Positions 40,416 through 51,170 are shown, counted from the first letter of the whole stretch. The stretch is 63,953 nucleotides of DNA, filler included, from an uncultured bacterium (GCA_964609495.1; 6 parts of 6 records of this genome joined end to end with filler, not necessarily neighbours in it), one strand, 5' to 3'. Made by a program: numbers and translations. Notes: generated from the sequence alone by a model not told the origin.

Positions 40416-40520
40416 CATCCTCCCCTAGCCCCTCCCATCAAGGGAGGGGAAAATAAGCACCAAGAGAGGGATTTAATTATGTCCCCTCTCCCCTCGTGGG
40501 AGAGGGATAGGGTGAGGGGG
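40416..40520. repeat. REP-like inverted doublet
   Basis: CATCCTCCCCTAGCCCCTCCC..GGGAGGGG, linker, CCCTCTCCC..GGGAGAGGGATAGGGTGAGGGGG. Confidence 0.85.
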
Positions 40521-40596
40521 AGAATCATATCTTTCCCAGCACGAAGTCTACATGCTTGGGCAGTATTACCTCGAGGAACGAAAAGGAGTCAAAAAT

Positions 40597-41889
40597 ATGA
40601 TAGATAGGTACTCTCGACCTCAGATGAGTAAGATCTTCAGCCCGGAGAATAAATTTCGAGTTCAATTGAAGATAGAGCTTTTAGCCTGTGAAGCCTTAAA
40701 TGAGCTAGGAGTTATCCCTAAAGAGGATCTAGAGAAGATAAAGAATAAAGCCCGCTTAGATCTGAAGCGCCTTGAGGAGATCGAAGCTGTTGTCCATCAC
40801 GAGACCGTCGCTCTTCTCACAGCAGTAGCGGAAAATATGGGTGAAGAAGCGAGATTCCTTCATCTGGGGATGACCTCCTCGGATGTGCTTGACACCTCCC
40901 TAGCGGTGCTGATGAAAGATGCGGCGGATCTTATAATCTCCGATCTAGAGAAGCTGAGAGAGGTCATCATTGATAAGGCGAAGGAGTATAAATATACCCC
41001 AATGATCGGCAGAACTCATGGAATCCACGCGGAGCCGATCACCTTTGGTCTCAAGCTCTTGGTATGGCTAAGTGAGACGGATAGAAACCTGGAGAGGATG
41101 AGAAGAGCAAATGAGATCATAAGCTATGGCAAGATATCGGGAGCAGTGGGAACTTATGCCCACCTCGATCCCTATGTGGAGAAATACGTATGCGCGAAGT
41201 TGGGTTTGAAACCTGCTCTCATCTCCACCCAGATCGAACAACGGGATAGACATGCTGAATATCTGATGATCCTCAGCCTAATCGCTAGCTCCTTAGAGAA
41301 ATTCGCCACCGAGATAAGGAGTTTACAGAGGACTGAGATCAGAGAAGTGGAGGAACCATTCCGTAAAGGACAAAAAGGCTCTTCCGCTATGCCCCATAAG
41401 AGGAATCCGGTCAGGACTGAGCAAATATGTGGCTTAGCTAGGGTGGTTAGAGCTAACTCTCTAGCGGCAATGGAGAATATTCCCCTATGGAATGAGCGAG
41501 ATATCAGCCATTCCTCAGTAGAGAGGATAATAGTGCCTGATAGCTGTATTCTAATAGATTATATGTTGAATAGCTTCAGGGCTATCTTGACCGATCTGAT
41601 GGTCTATCCTGAGAATATGAGAAGAAACCTTGAGTTAACCGGGGGTTTGATCTTCTCAGAGAAGATCTTATTGGAGTTGGTGAAAGTAGGACTTAAGAGA
41701 GAGGATGCCTATAGCCTCGTTCAACGGAACGCACTTTTGGCTTGGGAAGAGGGGAGGGACTTTCGCAAGCTGATAGAGGAAGATGAACAAATAAGAGGAT
41801 ATCTAGCCCGTGATAAGATCAAGGAATGCTTCGCTGAGGACTATCCCTTAAAGAGAGTTGATTTGATATTCTCAAGATTTGGATTATGA
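40597..41889 (+). CDS. purB: Adenylosuccinate lyase
   Basis: MIDRYS start after RBS AAGGAG; H.GMTSSD; GRTHGIHAEP; GSSAMPHKRNP. Confidence 0.97.
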   Translation: MIDRYSRPQMSKIFSPENKFRVQLKIELLACEALNELGVIPKEDLEKIKNKARLDLKRLEEIEAVVHHETVALLTAVAENMGEEARFLHLGMTSSDVLDTSLAVLMKDAADLIISDLEKLREVIIDKAKEYKYTPMIGRTHGIHAEPITFGLKLLVWLSETDRNLERMRRANEIISYGKISGAVGTYAHLDPYVEKYVCAKLGLKPALISTQIEQRDRHAEYLMILSLIASSLEKFATEIRSLQRTEIREVEEPFRKGQKGSSAMPHKRNPVRTEQICGLARVVRANSLAAMENIPLWNERDISHSSVERIIVPDSCILIDYMLNSFRAILTDLMVYPENMRRNLELTGGLIFSEKILLELVKVGLKREDAYSLVQRNALLAWEEGRDFRKLIEEDEQIRGYLARDKIKECFAEDYPLKRVDLIFSRFGL

Positions 41890-41941
41890 TTGAAAACGCA
41901 CGGTCGCAATCCTACCGATCTAGATGGTTTAGTTCAATATT

Positions 41942-41956
41942 AATTGTTGCCCATCA
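41942..41956 (+). repeat. 15-bp direct repeat, left of the GRE-DJ-1 block
   Basis: AATTGTTGCCCATCA, identical to 44892-44906. Confidence 0.7.
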
Positions 41957-41996
41957 CGTCACGATCAAGAGAAAATAGACGAAAGGAGATTTTACG

Positions 41997-44171
41997 ATGA
42001 CAAGGGCAGAAGAATTGAAGAAAAGACAGAGGGAAACTTTCTCTGAGAGTATGTATCGTCAAAGGAAAGATATCTATTCAAGAATCTACCAAGAACATAA
42101 GGAAGATCCCAAAATATTGCGGAAGGCAAAAGCTCTAGTTGCCTTCTTGAAAGAAAAGGACATATTTCTACAAGAGGACGACCTTATAGCTGGGTATCAA
42201 CAGCTATACGATTTCTCCGAGCCACCAGAAGAGCCTTCCCTATATGAGCTTTGTCTGGAAGGGGGAAAGAACCGCGTCCTCATGGACGAATATGAAAAAG
42301 CGTCCAAAATTGGTTTATTCGGAGGAGGCTTAGGAGGACATGTAATTCCTGACTTTGAGGGTGTTCTTAGAAAGGGATTTGCCAGGTTGCAAAGTGACGC
42401 TGAAAAGAAGTTAGGAGAAGGAGGAGAGATAGATAGAGATTTCCTCTCTGCGGTTATTATTATTTGTAAAGGAGTGGAGCACTATATCAAGCGATATGCT
42501 CAAAAAGCTAGTTTATTGGCTGAGAAGACAAAAAGCGCGAAATACAGAGGTGAACTAAAGAGAATCTCACAAGCTTGTGAATGGGTGGCAACTAAGCCTC
42601 CCAGAACGTTCTTTGAAGCCACACAGCTATTTTGGTTAGCGCATGAGATATTAACAGCTTCGCAATCAAGTGGCTCACTTTCACCTGGTAGATTTGATCA
42701 ATATATGTTTCCTTTCTATTGGAAGGATCTGCAAGAAAAACGAATAACAAGGGGGGAAGCTGGGGAACTGATCGAAGTATTATGGATAAAAATTAACGGG
42801 CTCTGCCGGGGCTTTCAAAATATAATTCTTGGTGGACAAAAAATGGATGGGAGTGATGCCACGAATGACCTATCTTATCTCTGCCTAGAGGCAACCGAGA
42901 AACTTCGTCTGCCTCAGCCAGCATTATCCGTGCGATATCACTCAAAAACCCCGGAAGAATTTTTTGATAGAGCTTGTAAGGTCATTAGAACAGGAGGAGG
43001 TTTGCCAGCCCTTTTCAATGACGAAGTGATTATTCCTGCCAAAGAACGATCGGGAATAGCCAGAGAAGATGTTATAAATTATGGTATAATTGGCTGTGTA
43101 GAACCAGCTATTCCGGGGAAGGAGTTCGGTCATACCGAGGCTTTGCGTATCAATTGGGCTAAGATATTGGAACTAATGTTTAATAATGGCGCTTGTGCAA
43201 TAACTGGAGAAAAGATGAAGATGAAAAATAAAGCCACATTAAAATTTGATTCATTTGATCAACTGTATAGGGCTTATAGAGAAGAGCTCGGATATTTCAT
43301 CGATTTAGGAGTAAAAGCCTTGAAAATTCTTGATAAAAACTTCTTCAATTTTTGTCCTTATCCTTATTTATCCACAATAATGTGGGATTGCATAGAAAAT
43401 GGTAGGGATGTTACCGCAGGAGGAACTAAGTATAACCTTATGACAATTAATGGTTGTGGGATGGCTGATGCGGCAGATTCTTTGGCAGCTATAAAGAAAA
43501 TTGTATATGAGGATAGAAGAATTTCTTTGGAAGAACTTAAAAATGCTTTGCATAGTAATTTTTCGGGAAAAGAACCTCTGCGACAGAGATTGATAAACAA
43601 GGCCCCAAAATATGGAAATGATGACAATTATGCAGATGAACTTCTAAAAGAGCTTGTAGAAGAGTTCTGTAATAGAATTATGCAATATAATAATCCTAGG
43701 GGTGGTAAGTTCCAAACTGGACTATACACTGTTGATTGGCATGCCACCGCTGGTAAACTGACATCTGCCCTTCCTGATGGGCGGTTTGTTGGCAGAAGCT
43801 TGGCTAATAGTTTATCTCCCTCCCAAGGAAGAGATAAGTCTGGTCCTACATCAGTTATAAATTCGATTACTAAGTTTGACCACACTCTCCTTGGTAATGG
43901 TATGGTTCTGGATATGAAGTTCACTCCCCGAATGTTGGCTGAAGAAGAAGTATTCGAGAAATTCAAAGAACTGATTAAGACTTATTTTAGCCAGAGGGGC
44001 TTGGAGATTCAGTTTAATGTGATTGACAGGGAGACCTTGATCAAAGCTCAAGAGAAGCCAGATGAATATCAAAACCTGGTTGTTAGAGTTTCTGGGTTTA
44101 GCGCCTATTTCACATCATTGGAGAAAACTCTGCAAGATGAAATTATTGCTCGGACTACTCAAAGCTACTAA
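41997..44171 (+). CDS. Glycyl radical enzyme (PFL2/dehydratase-like, substrate unknown)
   Basis: GRFDQY, Cys loop IIGCVEP, C-terminal Gly-radical motif RVSGFS. Confidence 0.93.
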   Translation: MTRAEELKKRQRETFSESMYRQRKDIYSRIYQEHKEDPKILRKAKALVAFLKEKDIFLQEDDLIAGYQQLYDFSEPPEEPSLYELCLEGGKNRVLMDEYEKASKIGLFGGGLGGHVIPDFEGVLRKGFARLQSDAEKKLGEGGEIDRDFLSAVIIICKGVEHYIKRYAQKASLLAEKTKSAKYRGELKRISQACEWVATKPPRTFFEATQLFWLAHEILTASQSSGSLSPGRFDQYMFPFYWKDLQEKRITRGEAGELIEVLWIKINGLCRGFQNIILGGQKMDGSDATNDLSYLCLEATEKLRLPQPALSVRYHSKTPEEFFDRACKVIRTGGGLPALFNDEVIIPAKERSGIAREDVINYGIIGCVEPAIPGKEFGHTEALRINWAKILELMFNNGACAITGEKMKMKNKATLKFDSFDQLYRAYREELGYFIDLGVKALKILDKNFFNFCPYPYLSTIMWDCIENGRDVTAGGTKYNLMTINGCGMADAADSLAAIKKIVYEDRRISLEELKNALHSNFSGKEPLRQRLINKAPKYGNDDNYADELLKELVEEFCNRIMQYNNPRGGKFQTGLYTVDWHATAGKLTSALPDGRFVGRSLANSLSPSQGRDKSGPTSVINSITKFDHTLLGNGMVLDMKFTPRMLAEEEVFEKFKELIKTYFSQRGLEIQFNVIDRETLIKAQEKPDEYQNLVVRVSGFSAYFTSLEKTLQDEIIARTTQSY

Positions 44172-44282
44172 AATAAGGGTTCTAAATAACCGCCTCTAAA
44201 GTAAAACTGATCGTTAAAACTATGAACGTTGAAGGGTCGGCCGTGCGGGTCTATGAGATAATATACAGTTAAGGAGGAAAAA

Positions 44283-44858
44283 ATGGAAAAGGTGCTTCTG
44301 GTTATCGGCGATGCTTCCGAAGTTTTCGACACCTTGTATCCTTTACATCGGGTTCAGGAGGATGATTTTCAGGTGGTGGTAGCCGCTCCTGAGAAGCGCT
44401 TATACCACCTCGTCATGCATGAAATCCCTCCCGGTTGGGACATAACACAGGAATCCTCTGGTTATCACCTCGCCTCAGACATCGCTTTTAGAGACGTAAA
44501 GAGCGAGGAGTATCTCGGGCTCATCCTCTCCGGCGGGCGCGCCCCAGAATATTTGCGCTACGATGAGGATTTGATACGTATCGTCAAAGATTCCTTTGCG
44601 GAGAATAAGCCGGTGGGTTCGGTATGTCACGGAGCAGAAATTTTAGCCGCTGCCGATGTCATTCGGGGAAAACGGTTGACTACAGTTCCCAAATGTAAGT
44701 TTGACGTGGAAGTCTGCGGGGGTGTCTTCGTTGACCAGCCGGTGGTGGTAACAGGAAATATGGTGACAGCTCGGACCTGGCACGATAACTACGCCTTCAT
44801 GCGTGAGTTTATGAAGCTTTTAAATGCAGCCCGCGATAAACTTCGCGAAGGTAATTAA
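44283..44858 (+). CDS. DJ-1/PfpI family protein
   Basis: GGRAPEY, VCHG nucleophile elbow, VTARTW. Confidence 0.9.
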   Translation: MEKVLLVIGDASEVFDTLYPLHRVQEDDFQVVVAAPEKRLYHLVMHEIPPGWDITQESSGYHLASDIAFRDVKSEEYLGLILSGGRAPEYLRYDEDLIRIVKDSFAENKPVGSVCHGAEILAAADVIRGKRLTTVPKCKFDVEVCGGVFVDQPVVVTGNMVTARTWHDNYAFMREFMKLLNAARDKLREGN

Positions 44859-44891
44859 AAACTATACTTTCGCATTTCAAGATGCTTCTTC

Positions 44892-44906
44892 AATTGTTGC
44901 CCATCA
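44892..44906 (+). repeat. 15-bp direct repeat, right of the GRE-DJ-1 block
   Basis: AATTGTTGCCCATCA. Confidence 0.7.
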
Positions 44907-44948
44907 AGCTTGAAAAATAAAAAGTAGAAGATAAGGTAGTGATCTAAG

Positions 44949-46952
44949 ATGAAAGAGATCGACAAGCAAGATTTCAGCAATCGAAAGTTATTGGCTCTGG
45001 AGAGGATAAGCCGAAGTATCCTCCAGGGCTTTTGGTATGGCCTATACGTAGTCGATGCTGAGTGGATGATAACCGATTGGCAAGTTAGCTCAGAGCATTT
45101 CCCTCTACGCAGTGAGATTATAGGGAAGGGACTATTTGAGTGCTTTCCTCTTCTTAAAGAGAAAGGACTAAAGGAACTTATCTCTCAGGTATTCAAGACA
45201 GGAGAGCCTCTCCTCATCAGCGATTTTCATCTACAAAGGTTGTATAAGGATAACAGGAGTAAAGTTAACATAAATATATATCCGTTGAGAGATGAAAACT
45301 CTCAGGTAACTAAGATCATAATAGCTGTAGAAAGCTCTGAGGAGAAACAATTCAGAAGTGATATTGAGCTTAGGCAAATATCTCATTTGGAGACGAGCAT
45401 AGCCGAGTTAAACTCTAGTCTGGAGTTGGCAACGGCGCTTCAAACTATCGCGGAGAGTTATGCCCACCTTCAAGGTTCCGTGAAATGTTTGATACGTCTC
45501 TTTGATGGCAATAGAAGGAGGCTATATAATGTAGCCTCGGTAGGGTTATCCCTCAACTACTTAGAGAGAAGAGGGATAATTGAGTTAGGAGAAACTCCTT
45601 CTGGCTTAGCTGCCGCTGAGAGGAGAGAGATAGTAGTAGAGGATATTCAAATTGATCCTGACTTCGCTGATCTTCGCTATGCAGGGCGAAGAGAAGGTTT
45701 CCGTTCTATCTGGTCTTTTCCTCTTCTAGGAAGCGATGATCGTCTCTTAGGCACTATCGATACCTTCTACCCCTATCCTCATCGCCCCAGCGAAGAGGAG
45801 CTTTGGGTTGCCAAGTTATACGCGAACCAAGCCGCCCTGGCTATAGAGAACGCTCGCCTCCATCAAAGATTAAGAAGACTTTACGAATCTAATCAAAGCT
45901 CTCTAGAACACGCGCCTTTCGGAGTGCTAGAAATCGATAGAAGTGGGAGGGTAACCTATCTAAATCAAGCTCAGGCGGAGTTGATGGGAGATTCAGTCGA
46001 AGCTATAATAAATAAAAATATCTTATCCCTTCCCGACTTTCACCTAGCAGGCTTTGCCGATCTCTGCCGAGAGGGATTCAGATTGAAGAAGGGAGAGGTG
46101 ATAGAGAGAATCAACGTAGAATATACGGCTAGCTCTGGGAAAAGAGCGATCATCTCTCTCTCCGCAACCCCAATTTATGAGGGTGAGGAATTCAAAGCTC
46201 TATTGATCTTCATCAAAGATGTAACAGATAAGGTCAACTTGGAGAAACAATTAAGGCAGGCTGAAGAGCTTGCTTCTCTAGGAGAATTAGCGGCGAGCAT
46301 CGCCCACGAGGTCAGAAATCCGCTAACCGGGGTCAGGACAACGATCCAATTTCTAGGAGAGACCTTTGAAGAGGACGATCCTAGAAAGGAGGATATAGAG
46401 GACGTGATCGGAGAATTGGATAGGTTAGAGGAGCTGATCCGACAATTGCTCGCCTTTGCCAGACCTCCTGATCTTCACCTTATCAAAACTGATCTAGCAT
46501 CTCTGCTTGAACAAGTTGTGGAAACCTTCCGAAGACAACTGGCTAGAGAGGATATCGAGATCGATCTGGAGATAACTCCCAGTTTGGGCGAGATCGAGGT
46601 CGATCCCGAGGTTATGAAACAAGTATTCCTCAACCTATTTCTAAACGCAGAACAAGCTATGCCTCAGGGAGGAGAGATAGAGATAAAAGCACATCCTCGC
46701 TATGTGGATGGGGCAATGAGGGAGATCCTAATAGATGTTATAGATACGGGAAGTGGAATAGCTAAAGAGAAGCTGGATAAGATATTCCAGCCATTCTTCA
46801 CCACTAAATCTAAAGGCACTGGCTTTGGGCTTTCGATCTCCCAGCGTTTGGTGGAAAAGCACGGAGGAAAACTCTCAGCGGAAAATAGGAGGGATAGAAG
46901 CGGGATGATCTTTACGATAAGTTTGCCCTTAAGAGAGGAGGGCCTTCGATGA
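44949..46952 (+). CDS. Cytoplasmic sensor histidine kinase (PAS-GAF-PAS-HisKA-HATPase)
   Basis: AHEVRNPL H-box, NAEQAM N-box, DTGSG, FFTTK, GTGFGL; AALAIENARL GAF end. Confidence 0.93.
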   Translation: MKEIDKQDFSNRKLLALERISRSILQGFWYGLYVVDAEWMITDWQVSSEHFPLRSEIIGKGLFECFPLLKEKGLKELISQVFKTGEPLLISDFHLQRLYKDNRSKVNINIYPLRDENSQVTKIIIAVESSEEKQFRSDIELRQISHLETSIAELNSSLELATALQTIAESYAHLQGSVKCLIRLFDGNRRRLYNVASVGLSLNYLERRGIIELGETPSGLAAAERREIVVEDIQIDPDFADLRYAGRREGFRSIWSFPLLGSDDRLLGTIDTFYPYPHRPSEEELWVAKLYANQAALAIENARLHQRLRRLYESNQSSLEHAPFGVLEIDRSGRVTYLNQAQAELMGDSVEAIINKNILSLPDFHLAGFADLCREGFRLKKGEVIERINVEYTASSGKRAIISLSATPIYEGEEFKALLIFIKDVTDKVNLEKQLRQAEELASLGELAASIAHEVRNPLTGVRTTIQFLGETFEEDDPRKEDIEDVIGELDRLEELIRQLLAFARPPDLHLIKTDLASLLEQVVETFRRQLAREDIEIDLEITPSLGEIEVDPEVMKQVFLNLFLNAEQAMPQGGEIEIKAHPRYVDGAMREILIDVIDTGSGIAKEKLDKIFQPFFTTKSKGTGFGLSISQRLVEKHGGKLSAENRRDRSGMIFTISLPLREEGLR

Positions 46953-47749
46953 AAGCCTCTATACTGGTTATAGATGATGATAAGCTCATCAGGAAATCCT
47001 TGAATAGAGTCTTAACAAAAGATGGATATAAGGTGCTGACTGCTGGTGATGCCAAGGAGGGGCTAGAGCTGGTCAAGAAAGAGGAGCCAGATCTAGTCCT
47101 CCTAGATCTCAAGCTGCCCGATGTCGCCGGTCTGGAGGCTCTGAAGGATATCAGAAGCATAAATGAGAAAGCCACCGTCATCATCCTGACCGCCTATGCG
47201 GATGTGGGATCGGCAGTGGAGGCGATGAAGTCAGGTGCTTATGATTATATCGCTAAACCTTATGATCTGGACGAATTGAGACTAACTATCTCCAAAGCGA
47301 TCAGAGAGATGAATTTGGAGGAGAAGGTTCATTTTTATGAGAGGCAGGAGAGGGAAAAATACAGAAGGGCTAACATCATCGGAGAATGCGCCAAGATGAA
47401 AGAGGTCTATGAGTTGATAGACAAAGTAAGCCAGAGTCCAACTACTACTGTGCTGATTCAGGGGGAAAGCGGAACGGGAAAGGAGCTTGTAGCAAGAGCT
47501 ATCCACTATAGCAGTGAACGAGCGGATAAGCCCTTGATCGAATTGGATTCCTCAGTGATGCCAGAGACGCTTTGGGAGAGCGAGATGTTTGGACATGAGA
47601 AGGGAGCATTTACCGATGCTAAGAGGAGAAAGAAGGGATTAGTGGAGTTAGCCGATGGAGGTTCCCTTCTCTTAGATGAGATCGGAGATCTAAAACTAGC
47701 GATGCAAGTTAAGTTATTGCGATTTCTGGAAACTAAGACCTTCCGCCGA
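46949..47749 (+). CDS. Sigma54-dependent response regulator, NtrC/AtoC-like (3'-truncated)
   Basis: Receiver domain, GESGTGKE, GAFTDA, LLDEIG; ATGA overlap with the kinase stop. Confidence 0.93.
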
Positions 47750-47849
47750 NNNNNNNNNNNNNNNNNNNNNNNNNNNNNNNNNNNNNNNNNNNNTTAATTA
47801 ATTAANNNNNNNNNNNNNNNNNNNNNNNNNNNNNNNNNNNNNNNNNNNN
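47750..47849. other. Artificial contig linker
   Basis: N-run with TTAATTAATTAA. Confidence 0.99.
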
Positions 47850-48561
47850 AATTTCCCAAGCTCCTGAACTCTTCTGAAAATTCGGCTAGTTCTTGCGCTA
47901 ATCCTGCTGAGCCACAGAGTAGAGGAAGGGGAGAAGTCTGCATCACCGCTTCTGCTATGATCTTGAGATCGGATTGAGAGATAGCATCACAAACTAGGAT
48001 GTTATTCCCTTTCCCTCTTAATTGATCGATCTCCCTTCGCAGTTCAATAGAACCCTTTCTTATCGATGATAGATTTATCTCGGTTACTCTCTGCTCGGTT
48101 TGAAGTTGGAATAGGGATGGTATATGAGAGGAGGCTATCGGCTGAAGGGGATCCGAAGCATATTCGGTCTTATCTAGGGGAATACCATCGACTAGATGAT
48201 AACCTCCTTTAGTAGTTCGTCCATAAGTGGGCATAGCTGGAGCAACTAGAGCGAGGTCGATCTTTAATTCATCCATAATAGCAGATAGCTCGTAGCCGAC
48301 ATTTCCCCTCAGCGTGGAATCAATCTTCTTGTAGATCAGATCAACTCCGATCGCTTTCAGATTTACAGCCGCCTTTTTAGCCTTCTTATAAGCTGATTCT
48401 GACGAATCGCTTCTGCTCTCGGTATCGATCACCAGCACTTCAGCAGGAAAGCTCGTATCGAGATCTAGGGCTACTAGGGTCTCCAGTCCCTTCCTACTAA
48501 GCTGGACACCAGTATCGGTTGCCCCGGTAAGATCATCAGCGATAATCCCTAGTCTAAGCAC
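47850..48561 (-). CDS. Four-carbon acid sugar kinase, DUF1537 (DtnK/OtnK-like) (3'-truncated)
   Basis: IADDLTGATD, DTESR, YKKIDSTLRGN, GRTT.GG, GSAGLA. Confidence 0.92.
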
Positions 48562-48648
48562 TTACTCATCCTCTAATATGATAGGAAGTAGCTCCTTTAA
48601 AGATTTAATCCCTCTACAGGAAGATCTCGGCTGCCTGTCCTCCCCTAC

Positions 48649-49263
48649 CTATAATAGCTCTTTCTTCATATATATCCAAGTCCCTATTCCAAATATAAGT
48701 TTAGTAAAGATGTCCTTATTCCTCTTTATATCCTTGAAGCCTACTTTCTGATATAATCTATAAGCTATATCATTATTGGCAGCTACCGCCAGAGAGAGAT
48801 ATCTTTTCCCTCTTTCTCTAGCGAAATCCTCTCCTCTCTTAAGTAGAGCCTTTCCTATCCCCTTTCCTCTAGCCTCGGAAGATACACCTATATAAACTAT
48901 ATAGCATGAATCGCTATCAACGGATTCTTCTAGTACAAAGAATTTAACTAGCGATGCTTTTATCCCCTCCGATATCCCCAAATTTTTGATGAACGAGCCT
49001 AAGGGGATATTTCTCCTCGCCTTTTTCATCTCTTTTGTTTTCAGGTTAATAATTCCTACTACTTCATTATCAACTTCCGCTACAAATATCCCCTCTAAAA
49101 AGTCCTCTAAAGAGAGAGATTTAGCTATAATCCCTTCTGCTCTCTCTTTCCTTCTCCCAAAGAACACTCTGAACTTATCAGCGAAGGCATCTACCACTAC
49201 TTTGGCGATGCCTTCAGTATCGCTCTTATTCGCTTCTCTTATGATAAAATTCGCCTTGTTCAC
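48649..49263 (-). CDS. GNAT family acetyltransferase
   Basis: V...RGKGIGKALL, N..AY.LY.K.GF. Confidence 0.88.
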   Translation of the reverse strand: MNKANFIIREANKSDTEGIAKVVVDAFADKFRVFFGRRKERAEGIIAKSLSLEDFLEGIFVAEVDNEVVGIINLKTKEMKKARRNIPLGSFIKNLGISEGIKASLVKFFVLEESVDSDSCYIVYIGVSSEARGKGIGKALLKRGEDFARERGKRYLSLAVAANNDIAYRLYQKVGFKDIKRNKDIFTKLIFGIGTWIYMKKELL

Positions 49264-49333
49264 TAGTTAATAACTAGGAAGTAGTTGGAACAGCTGCTAA
49301 TAATTACTACCAACCTCCAATCCAACTGCCCTT

Positions 49334-50170
49334 TTATCCTTTCAATCCTGTTAGAGTCACTCCCTGTATAAATTGCTTCTGAGCGAAGAAGAATAGGATT
49401 ATAACTGGAACAACTACCATCGTAGCGGCGGCCATAAGTAACCCCCACTTAGCTCCATGAACCGTCTGGAAAACCCTGAGTCCTAAGGCTAAAGTGAATT
49501 TATCGGGAGATTGGAGGTATATCAAGGGTCCCAAAAAATCATTCCAACTTCCCATAAAGGTGAAGATAGCTACCGCCGCTAACGCGGGCTTGGTTAGAGG
49601 CAGTATTATCCGCCAGTAAGTTCCGAAGAAACCGCAACCATCTATTCTAGCCGCGTCCTCCAACTCGTAAGGCACAGTCATAAAGAACTGGCGGAGAAGG
49701 AAAACATAAAACGGATTGGCGAAGAAGGATGGCACGATCAGAGGAAAGAAGGTATCAACCCATCCAATGCGGCTGAAGATGATATATAAGGGGATCATCC
49801 ACACCATAAAGGGGATCATCATAGTGCTTAGCATCAAGATAAAGAGGAGATCACGACCTGGACCTCGCAAACGAGCGAAGCCATAAGCCACTAGTGAACA
49901 CGATAGGAGAGTCCCAAAGAGTGTAGAGATCACAATTATAAAGGTGTTCCTAAAATATATGAGGAAAGGCGCGTAATCGAATACGGCTGGATAATTTTCC
50001 CAGATCACAGGATTGGGGATCCACTCGGGCGGATAGACAAAGATCTGTCTATCGGCTTTGAGGGAGGTGGAGATCATCCATACCAGAGGAAGAAGGAAGA
50101 AGAATCCCACCCCTAATAGAACTATATGTCTAGCTATCTTACCTGTAATTACCTTCGTAGTTTTTGACAT
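49334..50170 (-). CDS. Carbohydrate ABC permease (MalG-like)
   Basis: ELEDAARIDG, WNDFLGPLIYL. Confidence 0.95.
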   Translation of the reverse strand: MSKTTKVITGKIARHIVLLGVGFFFLLPLVWMISTSLKADRQIFVYPPEWIPNPVIWENYPAVFDYAPFLIYFRNTFIIVISTLFGTLLSCSLVAYGFARLRGPGRDLLFILMLSTMMIPFMVWMIPLYIIFSRIGWVDTFFPLIVPSFFANPFYVFLLRQFFMTVPYELEDAARIDGCGFFGTYWRIILPLTKPALAAVAIFTFMGSWNDFLGPLIYLQSPDKFTLALGLRVFQTVHGAKWGLLMAAATMVVVPVIILFFFAQKQFIQGVTLTGLKG

Positions 50171-50205
50171 CGGAAATTGCCCCCCTTCGGTTAGAGCTTC
50201 TTCAG

Positions 50206-51108
50206 TTATTTTCTGACCTCAGCCTCATAATGTACCCATCTCCCAGCCAATTTAAACTGAAGGAGGGTGAGTAATAGGATAATTATAAATAAGATCCAAG
50301 CCATGGCGGAGGCATAGCCCATCTTCAAGTAGTTGAAAGCATTACGGTACATATAGAGGGCGTAGAAGAGAGTGGCGTTGACCGGACCACCGTTCGTCAT
50401 AATATAGGCTTGAGTGAAGACCTGAAAAGCACCGATCAATCCAATGATCAGGGTGAAAAAGATAGTTGGAGTCATCATTGGAGTTGTTATGTGCACGAAT
50501 CTTTGCAATTTGCTAGCTCCATCTATCTCAGCGGCTTCATAAAGTTGCTTCGGCACCCCTTGCAGACCAGCCAAGTAGATTATAATCCAGGTCCCTACCC
50601 CCCATATACTCATCAAAACTATGGCGGGCTTCGCCCATTGTTCTGAGACTAGCCAGCCAGGGCCCTTTATCCCAATTATCCTCAGGCCCATATTGATCAG
50701 CCCCCACTGGGGATTAAATAACCAGAGCCATAGGATTGCCGAGGCCACGATGGGGACGACTGTTGGTAAGTAATAGATCGTCCGGTAGAAAGCTAAGCCT
50801 TGGACATCTTGATTCAGCATCATAGCTAAAGTAAAGGACGCTACTATCGCAAAAGGTATAAACAAAGCGGCGTAGAAGGAGGTGTTGGATAGGGACTTTA
50901 TAAATAAGGGATCTTGGAAGAGAGCCTTATAATTATCTAAAGCTATGAATTGGGGCTTACTTATGATGCTATAATTGGTAAGACTTAGAATGAGCGAGGA
51001 GATGATCGGTCCGGCCATAAAGATGGTAAAACCAAGTATCCAAGGGCTTATGAATAGATAGAAAGCTATCGCTTCCCGACGCGCCATAAAAGAACGTTTC
51101 TTATTCAT
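50206..51108 (-). CDS. Carbohydrate ABC permease (MalF-like)
   Basis: YLAGLQGVPKQLYEAAEIDGA, MGYASAMAW. Confidence 0.95.
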   Translation of the reverse strand: MNKKRSFMARREAIAFYLFISPWILGFTIFMAGPIISSLILSLTNYSIISKPQFIALDNYKALFQDPLFIKSLSNTSFYAALFIPFAIVASFTLAMMLNQDVQGLAFYRTIYYLPTVVPIVASAILWLWLFNPQWGLINMGLRIIGIKGPGWLVSEQWAKPAIVLMSIWGVGTWIIIYLAGLQGVPKQLYEAAEIDGASKLQRFVHITTPMMTPTIFFTLIIGLIGAFQVFTQAYIMTNGGPVNATLFYALYMYRNAFNYLKMGYASAMAWILFIIILLLTLLQFKLAGRWVHYEAEVRK

Positions 51109-51170
51109 TTTTATCTCTCCAATTGTAATTTGTTTCTCAAACTAATGTTAAACCTTGAACTCACCTTAGA

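Noticed and set aside
40329..40607. 92-aa ORF upstream of purB
   Set aside because: Translation of the REP-like doublet (HPPLAPP, PLPSWERDRVRG) that also overlaps the purB start
44949..47749. Two-component pair as dedicated regulator of the GRE
   Set aside because: It lies outside the 15-bp repeat-bounded block, and I found no clear sigma54 -24/-12 site before the GRE
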